Assembly: GCA_964588985.1 (NCBI GenBank)
Contig: CAZPQW010000019.1
Coordinates: 1-64,000 of the forward strand
From: an uncultured Solirubrobacteraceae bacterium
Lineage (GTDB): Bacteria > Actinomycetota > Thermoleophilia > Solirubrobacterales > Solirubrobacteraceae
Length of the DNA stretch: 64,000 nt
Direction of reading: 5' to 3'
This document shows positions 51,021 to 59,586 of the stretch, in pieces. The position numbers and the translations under genes are program-made. Positions within the stretch are counted from its first letter, which is position 1. Each line of letters begins with the position of its first letter. The notes beneath the pieces were generated by a model. That model had not been told where the DNA came from and ran no database searches. It saw nothing but the letters and a program-made list of their open reading frames with translations.

Positions 51021-51407
51021 CTACAGCAACGTCTGCGCGAGCTCCCCCGACTCGTACATCTCGGTCACGATGTCGCAGCCCCCGACCAGCTCTCCTTCGA
51101 CGAACAGCTGGGGGATGGTCGGCCACTGCGAGATGGCCGAGAGCTCCTGGCGGATGCGCGGGTCGGGGAGGATGTCGACGGCCGCGAACGGCGCGTCGAG
51201 GTCCTGCAGCATCGCGACGGTGCGAGCGGAGAAGCCGCACGCGGGCGCCTCGGGCGTGCCCTTCATGAACAGGATCACCTTGTGCGAGGAGATCGCCTCG
51301 GCGATCGCGTCGCGGATCGGGTTTGACTCCTCGGCGGAGGGTGCGGCCGGCGCCGCGGGCGCGTCGCTCAACATCGGTATCGGGTCGAACTGCGGGCTGC
51401 TGGACAT
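51021..51407 (-). CDS. grxD: Monothiol glutaredoxin Grx4
   Basis: LFMKG, CGFS, WPTIPQL, GGCD. Confidence 0.93.
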   Translation of the reverse strand: MSSSPQFDPIPMLSDAPAAPAAPSAEESNPIRDAIAEAISSHKVILFMKGTPEAPACGFSARTVAMLQDLDAPFAAVDILPDPRIRQELSAISQWPTIPQLFVEGELVGGCDIVTEMYESGELAQTLL

Positions 51408-51423
51408 GGAGTGCTCCTGGCTC

Positions 51424-51669
51424 TCAGGGGGTCTGGATCTTGGAGGGAACCTGCGTCTTCAACGCGAGGGCGTGGATCGCGCCGCCGATCTCCGCCCCGA
51501 AGACGTCGTACACGAGGCGGTGCTGCGCGATCCGGCTGAGGCCGTCGAAAGCCTCGGCGGTGACCGTCGCGCGGAAGTGGTCGCCGCCGCCGGTGTAGTC
51601 CTCGACTTCGGCGTGCGCGCTTGGGATGGCGGCCTCTATGCGCGCCTTTATGTCCTCTGCGGAGGGCAT
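51424..51669 (-). CDS. BolA/IbaG-family protein
   Basis: DHF, QHRLVY, IHALAL. Confidence 0.9.
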   Translation of the reverse strand: MPSAEDIKARIEAAIPSAHAEVEDYTGGGDHFRATVTAEAFDGLSRIAQHRLVYDVFGAEIGGAIHALALKTQVPSKIQTP

Positions 51670-51756
51670 CTCGCACCTAGCGTAGAGGATCGCGAGCCGC
51701 TTCCGAGCACCGCTATACTTTGGAAAGTCTTGGAGCCATCCACAGGAGCGAAGCCG

Positions 51757-52110
51757 ATGATCGACATCACCGACAAGGGTGCGGAGAAGGTGCACGAGTT
51801 CCTCGCCTCCCAGCAGGCTGACGTGAGCGTCGCGGGACTACGGGTCGGCGTACGCGGTGGCGGCTGCTCCGGCTTCCAGTACCAGCTGGCGTTCGACGAG
51901 CAGCGCGACAGCGACGTGGTGTTCGAGAGCCACGGCCTCAAGTTGCTCGTGGACGGCGAGAGCCTGCAGTTCGTGAGCGGCTCGACGATCGACTACGAGG
52001 AGAGCCTGCAGGGCGCGGGCTTCAAGGTCAACAACCCCAACGTGGTCGCCGCTTGCGGTTGCGGCTCATCCTTCCGTGTAGCCGAGGAGGAGCAGGTCTC
52101 CGCAGTCTGA
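51757..52110 (+). CDS. A-type Fe-S carrier (ErpA/IscA/HesB)
   Basis: GGGCSG and CGCGSSF; AGGAG RBS. Confidence 0.93.
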   Translation: MIDITDKGAEKVHEFLASQQADVSVAGLRVGVRGGGCSGFQYQLAFDEQRDSDVVFESHGLKLLVDGESLQFVSGSTIDYEESLQGAGFKVNNPNVVAACGCGSSFRVAEEEQVSAV

Positions 52111-52212
52111 GGGCCGGATGGCGGCGCAATGCTGCGTCCTCGCTCGCTCATGTGCGTAAAGCACACTTCGCTCGCTGCGTCCTTGCCTTGCTTGCCCTCC
52201 GGCCCCTCAGAC
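52105..52212. repeat. 108-bp palindromic MITE/REP-like element
   Basis: Terminal IRs GTCTGAGGGCCGGA / TCCGGCCCCTCAGAC; inner GCTGCGTCCT and CGCTCGCT each twice; central GTGC-GTAAA-GCAC. Confidence 0.65.
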
Positions 52213-52228
52213 GGGCTGGGAGTGACTT

Positions 52229-52298
52229 TATGTCTATCGAGATAATGTAGTTCAACATAAGACTAAATATGTTGACAGGCATTATTTTGCTTGACATA
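52229..52298. promoter_or_regulatory. 70-bp nested AT-rich dyad upstream of ATPase
   Basis: TATGTC-N7-ATAATG-N4-TCAACATA-N8-TATGTTGA-N4-CATTAT-N7-GACATA. Confidence 0.75.
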
Positions 52299-52306
52299 TT
52301 TACTGA

Positions 52307-53467
52307 GTGGCGCGCTCCGAGGAGGACCTGAAGAACCCGTTCCGCTTCGGTGCGCTCGCGTTGGACGCGGCGTTCACCGACCGCGAGCGCGAGATCGAGG
52401 AGCTGAGCGCGGACATCCGCAACGGGCAGGACGTGGTCCTGTTCGCGCCGCGCCGCTACGGCAAGTCCTCACTGATCTGGCGCGTGGCGCAGCAGCTCGT
52501 GACCGAGGACGTGCTGGTGGCGCAGGTCGACCTGATGCGCACCCCCACGCGGGAGAAGCTCGCGGAGCGGCTCGCCAAGTCGATCCACGAGGAGATCGCC
52601 TCGCGCCTGTTTCGCACGCGCGAGCGGGTGCGCGTGTTCGCGGGCCTGCGGATCAAACCGACCGTGACCGTCGACCCGGACGACGGCTCGCTGTCGTTCA
52701 GCTTCGAAGCGCGCGCCGACCGGCAGGACATCGACGCGACGCTCGAAGGGCTCCTCGCCCTGCCGGGGCGTCTGGCCGCGGAGCGCAGACGGTCGGTGGC
52801 GCTGGTGTTCGACGAGTTCCAGGAGGTCGTGGACATCGACCCCGGGCTGCCGAAGCTGATGCGCTCGGTCTTCCAGGAGCAGCCGGAGGTCGCCCACGTG
52901 TACCTCGGCAGCCGCCGGCACATGATGGAGCGGATCTTCAACGACGAGAACGAGCCGTTCTGGCGCAGCGCGAAGCAGGTCGAGCTCGGCCCGATCCCCG
53001 TGGATCTGTTCGCTCGCTATGCGATCGCGCGGTTCGCCGACACCGCGAAGGAGCTGGAGCAGAACACCTGCGAGCGCGTGCTCGAGCTGACGGGAGGCCA
53101 TCCTTACGGCACGCAGGAGGCGCTGTACTTCCTGTGGGAGGAGACCCCCGCGGGAGGAATCGCCGAAGCGGAGCGCCTGGAGCAGGCGATCGACGCGCTG
53201 CTGCGCTCCGAGCACTCGCACTTCAGCCTGCTGTGGTCGCGGGCCGCCGCGGCGCAGCGCCGCGTGCTGCAGGCACTCTCCGCCGAGCAGCCCGGACGCC
53301 CCCTCAGCAGCGACTACCGCCTGCGCCACGCGCTGCCGTCGACCGCGACGGTGCAGACAGCCCTGAACGCGCTCGGCGCGGCGGAAGTGATCGAGCGGGT
53401 CGAGCGCGGCGAGTACCGCATCGCCGAGCCGTTCCTCGCGGAATGGATCGCGCGCAACGAGAGCTAG
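52307..53467 (+). CDS. AAA+/STAND-like ATPase (archaeal-ATPase type) with C-terminal wHTH
   Basis: NPF.FG, APRRYGKSS Walker A, VFDEFQ Walker B, GS, TGGHP, Y.I.EPF. Confidence 0.85.
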   Translation: MARSEEDLKNPFRFGALALDAAFTDREREIEELSADIRNGQDVVLFAPRRYGKSSLIWRVAQQLVTEDVLVAQVDLMRTPTREKLAERLAKSIHEEIASRLFRTRERVRVFAGLRIKPTVTVDPDDGSLSFSFEARADRQDIDATLEGLLALPGRLAAERRRSVALVFDEFQEVVDIDPGLPKLMRSVFQEQPEVAHVYLGSRRHMMERIFNDENEPFWRSAKQVELGPIPVDLFARYAIARFADTAKELEQNTCERVLELTGGHPYGTQEALYFLWEETPAGGIAEAERLEQAIDALLRSEHSHFSLLWSRAAAAQRRVLQALSAEQPGRPLSSDYRLRHALPSTATVQTALNALGAAEVIERVERGEYRIAEPFLAEWIARNES

Positions 53468-53594
53468 CGCGCTCTCGTCGACCGTCGCCCCGCAATCACA
53501 CGGACCGTATTTTCACCGGATTGGACGGTGCGTTCTCGGGCTTAAGCTGGACGGCCAGCCGACCAATTGTGGCCGTTTGCAGGAATAACGAGGG

Positions 53595-53624
53595 TTGACT
53601 ACAGTGTCCCGCCTGTGGTACCGT
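53595..53624 (+). promoter_or_regulatory. Candidate sigma70 promoter for the secreted-protein cluster
   Basis: TTGACT-N18-TACCGT with TGn extended -10; implies a leader of about 270 nt. Confidence 0.5.
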
Positions 53625-53901
53625 CGCCGGGACATGATGTCAAGCGTCGCACGGGGAATGGAACGCCCAGACCTCCGAAACCAAGCGATCCGCCTTCGGT
53701 GGGTTGGGATCGGAGTGTCCAGACGCGGCTTCAGGCTTGACCTTGACGCAGGCGATGTTTTCTGCCAAGGTCGGGCACACAGCACCATTGACATTAGTTC
53801 TGTCGATGGCTACGACTGGCTCGGGACGTCTCTGTCCTGAGGAGGGGACATAAAGGGTCGGTCGATCTAACCCTAGAGGGAATCAAAGGAGCGGTGGATA
53901 G

Positions 53902-54675
53902 ATGACACGCATCAAGATCATGGGGCTCAGCCTCGTCGCGGTGTTCGCGATGGCCGCGATGGCCGCATCGAGCGCGTCGGCCACGCCGACGTTCTACGAA
54001 TGTGCGAAGGCAGCCAAGGTAGGCAAATTCTACACTGGCAAATACAACGACAAAAACTGCACCGAAGTCAACGGCAAATCCGAAGGTAAATACGAACTCA
54101 AAGAAGGCGTTGGCAAAGGCAAGGTCTTCAAGGGCAAGGGCGCAGCCGCCGTTCTGCACACGCCCGCCGTCGGTGGAGAAGTGACCTGCAAAGGCAGCAA
54201 GGACGAAGGTAAGAACACTCTGACGGGCCAGAAGGAAGTCAAAGTGACCTTCACCGGCTGCGCCAGCCTCGGTAAAACCTGCAACTCCGTAGGCGCGAAA
54301 TCAGGCGAAATCAAAACCAACCCGCTGGCCGGCACGCTCGGCTACATCTCCGCGACTGGCCCCAAAGTGGGCGTCAGCCTCACGGGTGAAGCTGGCAAAC
54401 CGTCCGCTGAATTCGCATGTGGAACGGGCGCAGGCTCGCTGAACATCGTCACCACCGGCGCCGTCATCGGCGAAATCACGGGTGACATCAACAAAATCTC
54501 GAAGGAAGCAACCGACGCGTTCACTGTCACGGGCGAAGGTTTCCAGACGGTGACCAGCTTCGAAGGTGGACCGCTGGAAGTCCTCGAGACGAGCATCAAC
54601 GGTTCGCCTAACTTCGAATCAGGCGAGCAGACGACGACCCTGAACAAGGGCGAAGCACTCGAGATCAAAGCGTAG
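53902..54675 (+). CDS. Secreted Cys-rich beta protein, paralogue A (putative major fibre/surface subunit)
   Basis: AAGGAG RBS; Sec signal ending ASA; 6 Cys; C-terminal GEALEIKA. Confidence 0.85.
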   Translation: MTRIKIMGLSLVAVFAMAAMAASSASATPTFYECAKAAKVGKFYTGKYNDKNCTEVNGKSEGKYELKEGVGKGKVFKGKGAAAVLHTPAVGGEVTCKGSKDEGKNTLTGQKEVKVTFTGCASLGKTCNSVGAKSGEIKTNPLAGTLGYISATGPKVGVSLTGEAGKPSAEFACGTGAGSLNIVTTGAVIGEITGDINKISKEATDAFTVTGEGFQTVTSFEGGPLEVLETSINGSPNFESGEQTTTLNKGEALEIKA

Positions 54676-54723
54676 TGATCCTGCCGCCAATGCTCCGCTC
54701 TGGAGCAGGCAGCTAGGTGAGTT

Positions 54724-54762
54724 GGCTTGTGGGGCTCCATTCGTGGAGCCCCACAAGTCTTT
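54724..54762 (+). terminator. Strong hairpin (terminator or mRNA stabiliser) after paralogue A
   Basis: GGCTTGTGGGGCTCCA-TTCG-TGGAGCCCCACAAGTC followed by TTT. Confidence 0.75.
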
Positions 54763-54842
54763 AAGCAGCAGCTCGGCACGCAATCAGCGGGTTCGGGTAT
54801 GGGCACCCTGTTGTGTGGGCAACTCAAGGGGAGGGCATACAG

Positions 54843-55601
54843 ATGCGACGGATGAGGATCGTCGGGCTCAGCACGCTCGCAGCACTGGCAGTGGCCGCGA
54901 TAGTGGCCGCGGGTGCATCGGCCGCGCCGACGTACTACGAATGCGCGAAAACGGCCAAAGGGGTTGGCAAATACCTGGTCGGCTGCACCGAAGAAGCCGC
55001 GGAAGGGGCGGGCACGTACGAAATCCAGGAAGGGATCGGCAAAGGCAAAGCGTTCAAAGGCAAAGGCGGAGCGCTGATCTTCCACATCCCGGCGAACGGC
55101 GGCGAATTCACGTGCAAAGCAAGCACCGAAGAAGGTCACTACACGGTCACCGGCCAGGAAAAAGTCAAAATCACGATCACCGGCTGCGAGATCCTCGGCA
55201 AAACCTGCCAGACGGCTGGTGCCAAATTGGGCGAAGTCAAAACGAACTCGCTCTCGGGATCCCTTGGCTATATCTCCGCCGTTGGGCCCAAAATAGGTAT
55301 CGCCCTAGCCGGTGAAGAAGGTACCCCGTGGGCCGTATTCGAATGCGGGAGCGGTGCCGGGACACTGCACTTCGTCGTCACGAGTGCTGTCATCGGCGAA
55401 CTCACCGGCGACGTCAACCACTTCGGCAAAGAAGTCACGAAGGCGTACACCGTGACCGGTGGAGGCTTTCAGACGGTCGCACGGTTCGAAGGTGGCCCGC
55501 TGCAGGTTCTCGAATACTCCATCAACGAATCGATCGTGACCGAAATGGGTATCGCGACCACGACGGCCGCGAAAGGCGAAAACCTGGAGATCAAAGCCTA
55601 G
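54843..55601 (+). CDS. Secreted Cys-rich beta protein, paralogue B
   Basis: GGAGG RBS; Sec signal ending ASA; colinear with paralogue A (PT.YECAK, GKGK.FKGKG, TGC..LGKTC, LGYISA.GPK, FEGGPL, LEIKA). Confidence 0.85.
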   Translation: MRRMRIVGLSTLAALAVAAIVAAGASAAPTYYECAKTAKGVGKYLVGCTEEAAEGAGTYEIQEGIGKGKAFKGKGGALIFHIPANGGEFTCKASTEEGHYTVTGQEKVKITITGCEILGKTCQTAGAKLGEVKTNSLSGSLGYISAVGPKIGIALAGEEGTPWAVFECGSGAGTLHFVVTSAVIGELTGDVNHFGKEVTKAYTVTGGGFQTVARFEGGPLQVLEYSINESIVTEMGIATTTAAKGENLEIKA

Positions 55602-55644
55602 GAGATCGCCTCGACGCGTGCCATAGGGGGCGCGGGGTCGGGCG

Positions 55645-55690
55645 ACGCGGCATGTGGAGATCGTGATGCCAGGTCCTCCACATGCCGCGT
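55645..55690 (+). terminator. 15-bp perfect inverted repeat after paralogue B
   Basis: ACGCGGCATGTGGAG...CTCCACATGCCGCGT. Confidence 0.6.
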
Positions 55691-55747
55691 GCGCTCAGAC
55701 GCCGATCGGCCGTTTGCGATGGCGAACAGAGACGCGATGGTTCTCCC

Positions 55748-55775
55748 TTGACAAGCGGCAAGCGGGCACTAGACT
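55748..55775 (+). promoter_or_regulatory. Candidate sigma70 promoter
   Basis: TTGACA-N16-TAGACT. Confidence 0.55.
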
Positions 55776-55800
55776 GCCTGCAGGGATGAGGGAGACGACG

Positions 55801-58800
55801 ATGAGCGACGCTGGCGGCGCTGGCGCTCAACTGCAGATGTCACGCCGCGCAAGAAGCGCCGTGCTCGGGATGCTGGGTGCGTGTGCGATCGGATCGTTGC
55901 TCATGAGTGCGCCTGCGCTCGCCCTCATCCAGCGCGGGCATGTCTTCAGTCCGTCCGCGTCGTTCGGCAGCAGCGGCTCCGGTGAAGGCCAGCTGTCGAG
56001 CCCGTCGGCCGTCGCCGTCAGCGAAGTGGGGGTCGCGGCGGGCGATGTGTACGTCGCCGATCGCGGCAACAACAGAGTCGAGCAGTTCGACTCATCGGGC
56101 AAATTCGTAGCTGCATGGGGCTGGGGCGTGAAGGACGGCGAAAAAGAAACCGAGGTCTGCACGAGCGGAGAAGGCTGCAAACCCGGTCTCGCGGGCGCGG
56201 GCAAAGGAAGCGAAGGCTTCCATCTCGGCAAAGGCCAGATCGTCTCGCCGATCGCGATCGCCGTGGACAACTCGAAATCCGCCTCGGCCGGCGACGTTTA
56301 CGTGGTGGCTAGCGTCGTGCCGGAAAAGTCCTATGTGGACAAGTTCGGACCGAATGGCGAATACATCCGTCAGCTCACGAAGAAAGAAGAAACCGAATTC
56401 AACGGTCGCGTGGAGGGCGTGGCGGTCGATGGCAACGGTGTGGTGTGGGTCGATTGGAGCGAACAGGAGATCACCAACTTCACCGGTGCGGAACCGAACA
56501 AACGCGTGAACAAAGAAGTGGAACTCGAATCGGGTGTCGGCAACCTCCGGCCGGGTCTGGCGGCGGACTCCAGCGGGCATCTGTACGTGAACTCCGAACC
56601 GGCTGAACTCTTCGAACAGGGCACGGAAGGCACCAGTGCCGAAGAAGGCACGGGCGAAGGCGGCGAAGAACCGTGCGAAGCGTCCCCCTGCTACGCCTCG
56701 AAGCTCGCCATGACGGGCGAAGAACCGGGCGCCGTGCTGACCTTGCACATGAACCACCAGAACACAAGCGGCATCGCTGCTGACCTTGGCACGAACGACG
56801 TCTACGTCGACAACCTCACGAGCGTGACCTCGTACAGCTCGACGGGACGGACGATCGAGCGCTTTGGCACAGGCGACCTGACGCACGCCGCCGGTCTCGC
56901 CGTTCACGCAGGCGACGGCGACGTCTACGTCGCGGACTCCGCGACGGGCAAAATCGATGTCTTCGTTCCCGAACCCGCCGCTGCCCCGAACGTCGACGAA
57001 ATATCGGTCGGGAAGATCACGACCACAACGGCCGAACTCGGTGCCGAGGTCGACGCCAAAGGGGCCGAAACGACCGTCACCTTCCAATACGGCACCTCGA
57101 GCTGCTCGGGAGGGTCGTGCGTGTCCGTCCCAGCGTCCGAACCGACGATCCCGACGAGCTTCGGCGACCGCAGCAGGAGCATTCCGCTGGAAGGTCTCAT
57201 CGCTGGCACCACCTACCACTACCGGGTCATCGCCAAAAACTCCTTCGGCACCTTGACGAGCGAAGAACGCACGTTCACGACGCAGTCCGCGACGTCGTTT
57301 GCGCTGCTCGACGGGCGGGGCTGGGAGCAGGTCTCGCCGTCCGCCAAGAACGGCGCAGGATTCGAATCGATCGCCAAGGAAGGCGGCGTGATCCAGGCAT
57401 CCGTGGAAGGCAGCGGCATCACGTTCGTTGGCACGGGGCCGGACGAAGTCGAAACGGAAGGCAACCGCAGCCCGGAATTCACACAGATCCTCGCCAATCG
57501 CGTGACCAACGGCGAAGGCAAGGCTGAATGGATCTCCAAGGACATCAACACGCCGAGCGACACCGCCACCGGGATTGAAGCTGGCAAGGCGCCGGAGTAC
57601 CAGGCCTTCTCGCCCGACCTCTCAGCCGCGATCGTCAGGCCCAAGTCGCCCGAACCGCTGCTTTCCGAAGAAGCCTCGGAAGTCACGCCGTATCTGCGCG
57701 AAAACGCGCACTGCGGGCCCGTGCCCTCGGCCTGCTACAAGCCGCTGGTAACAGGCAAGGAAGGCTATGCAAACGTGCCTTCGGGCACGAAATTCGGCGG
57801 CACCGTGAGCCGCGGACTCCAGCTTCTGTCGACGGAACCCGACCTGCGTCACGTTGTCCTGCAGTCGGAAGTCCCGCTCACCGAAGAACCGGCCGCGGCC
57901 GGTCCAAACCTGTACGAGTGGAGCGAAGGCCATCTCCAGCTGGTCAACGCGCTGCCGGGCGCCGGCGGCCCTGCGGTGGCGGCGAAGCTCGGTACGGATA
58001 ACAACGGCGTCAGGCACGCGCTCGCCGACGGCGGTGCAAGGGTCTTCTGGACCGCCTCGACGGACGTCCCGCTCGAAGGAAGTCAGCGCCTCTACGTCCG
58101 CGACATGGTCAAGGAAGAAACCCTGCGGCTCGACATGCCCCAGGAAGGCGTCAAAGAACAGACCTCCGAAGGAGCTGGCTTTGCCGCCGCCAACGCGGAA
58201 GGCTCGCGGGTGTTCTTCACCGACGTCGAACCGCTGACCCCTGGCGCGCGGGCCTCGCGCGAAGCGGGAGGCCCAGACCTGTACGCGTGCGACATCGGCG
58301 AACAGGCGGGCAAACTGACGTGCTCGCTGCACGACCTGACCGAAGACACCGAAGCCGGTGGCGAAACGGCTGACGTCCAGGGCACCGTGCTCGGGGAGAG
58401 CGAAGACGGCTCGACGGTTTACTTCGTCGCAAACGGGGTGCTCGACAAAACCGCCAACGCGCAGAGCGAAAAAGCCACACCCGGCGAATGCGAACTCGAC
58501 AACCGAGGCTCGCAGGCGACCTGCAACCTCTACGTCGAGCACTACAACGCGGGCGAAGGCGCATGGGAAGCGCCGAGGTTCGTCGCGACGCTCTCAAACG
58601 AAGACGAACCGGACTGGTACAGCTTTGGCCACGGCGGAGGTCTGACGGAAATGACCTCCCGCGTCTCGCCGAACGGCCGCTACCTGTCGTTCATGTCCGA
58701 GCGGAGCCTGACGGGGTACGACAACCGCGACGTCAACAGCGGCGCTCTCGACGAGGAGGTCTTCCTCTACGACACGAGCAGCGGCAAGCTCGTGTGCGCC

Positions 58801-59586
58801 TCGTGCGACCCGACGCAGGGCCGACCGACGGGTGTCTTCGACACTGGGGAAGTCAGCGAAGAAGGCTTGGGGCTGCTCGTGGATCGCCCGGAAACCTGGG
58901 GCGGACGGTGGCTTGCCGGCAGCGTCCCCGGGTGGACCCCGGTGAGCGAGAACCGCTCCACGTATCAGTCGCGCTACCTGTCCGACAGCGGCAGGCTGTT
59001 CTTCAACAGCGCCGACCAGCTCGTCCCAGCAGACACGAACTCCAAGGAGGACGTCTACGAGTACGAGCCCGCGGGTCTCGGCTCGTGCGCCAGCGAAACG
59101 GGCTGTGTCGGGCTCCTCTCCTCCGGCAGGTCGGAAAAGGAATCTGCGTTCCTGGACGCGAGCGTCACGGGCAACGACGTGTTCTTCCTCACCGCTGGCG
59201 CGCTCGTCGCGGGCGACGCCGACACGAACTTCGATGTATACGACGCGCGAGTCTGCGGGCCGGGTGGCTGTGTGTCTTCGAGCAGCGAATCGAGCGCGAC
59301 GTGCCAGGAAGTCGAAACCTGCCGTCCGGCGGCCCCCACCGAGCCGGTGTTCTCGAGTCCGGCGACCACGGCCCCTTCCGGCTCCAGCAACCTCACGCCT
59401 TCCCCGCCCGTGAAAACCCCGGTCAAAGTGGTCGTCAAACCGACCCGCACGCAACTGCTCGCGAAGGCGCTGAAGGCCTGCAAGAAGAACAAGAGCAAGC
59501 ACAGGCGAGCGGTTTGCGAAAGGGCCGCGCGTAAGAAGTACGCCGCCAAGAAGGCGAGCAAGAGCACGCGCAGGAGAGGTCGATGA
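55801..59586 (+). CDS. Large secreted protein: NHL beta-propeller, FN3-like domain, second propeller, Pro/Ser linker, basic Cys-pair tail
   Basis: Signal ending ALA; GSGEGQLSSP..VAV/VYVADRGNNRV NHL repeats; LIAGTTYHYRVIAKN FN3; S.DG..V.F repeats. Confidence 0.85.
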   Translation: MSDAGGAGAQLQMSRRARSAVLGMLGACAIGSLLMSAPALALIQRGHVFSPSASFGSSGSGEGQLSSPSAVAVSEVGVAAGDVYVADRGNNRVEQFDSSGKFVAAWGWGVKDGEKETEVCTSGEGCKPGLAGAGKGSEGFHLGKGQIVSPIAIAVDNSKSASAGDVYVVASVVPEKSYVDKFGPNGEYIRQLTKKEETEFNGRVEGVAVDGNGVVWVDWSEQEITNFTGAEPNKRVNKEVELESGVGNLRPGLAADSSGHLYVNSEPAELFEQGTEGTSAEEGTGEGGEEPCEASPCYASKLAMTGEEPGAVLTLHMNHQNTSGIAADLGTNDVYVDNLTSVTSYSSTGRTIERFGTGDLTHAAGLAVHAGDGDVYVADSATGKIDVFVPEPAAAPNVDEISVGKITTTTAELGAEVDAKGAETTVTFQYGTSSCSGGSCVSVPASEPTIPTSFGDRSRSIPLEGLIAGTTYHYRVIAKNSFGTLTSEERTFTTQSATSFALLDGRGWEQVSPSAKNGAGFESIAKEGGVIQASVEGSGITFVGTGPDEVETEGNRSPEFTQILANRVTNGEGKAEWISKDINTPSDTATGIEAGKAPEYQAFSPDLSAAIVRPKSPEPLLSEEASEVTPYLRENAHCGPVPSACYKPLVTGKEGYANVPSGTKFGGTVSRGLQLLSTEPDLRHVVLQSEVPLTEEPAAAGPNLYEWSEGHLQLVNALPGAGGPAVAAKLGTDNNGVRHALADGGARVFWTASTDVPLEGSQRLYVRDMVKEETLRLDMPQEGVKEQTSEGAGFAAANAEGSRVFFTDVEPLTPGARASREAGGPDLYACDIGEQAGKLTCSLHDLTEDTEAGGETADVQGTVLGESEDGSTVYFVANGVLDKTANAQSEKATPGECELDNRGSQATCNLYVEHYNAGEGAWEAPRFVATLSNEDEPDWYSFGHGGGLTEMTSRVSPNGRYLSFMSERSLTGYDNRDVNSGALDEEVFLYDTSSGKLVCASCDPTQGRPTGVFDTGEVSEEGLGLLVDRPETWGGRWLAGSVPGWTPVSENRSTYQSRYLSDSGRLFFNSADQLVPADTNSKEDVYEYEPAGLGSCASETGCVGLLSSGRSEKESAFLDASVTGNDVFFLTAGALVAGDADTNFDVYDARVCGPGGCVSSSSESSATCQEVETCRPAAPTEPVFSSPATTAPSGSSNLTPSPPVKTPVKVVVKPTRTQLLAKALKACKKNKSKHRRAVCERAARKKYAAKKASKSTRRRGR

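Noticed and set aside
53595-53840. 81-aa ORF in the leader as an attenuator peptide
   Set aside because: It starts at the predicted -35 box, has no convincing RBS and shows no Glu/Lys codon run.
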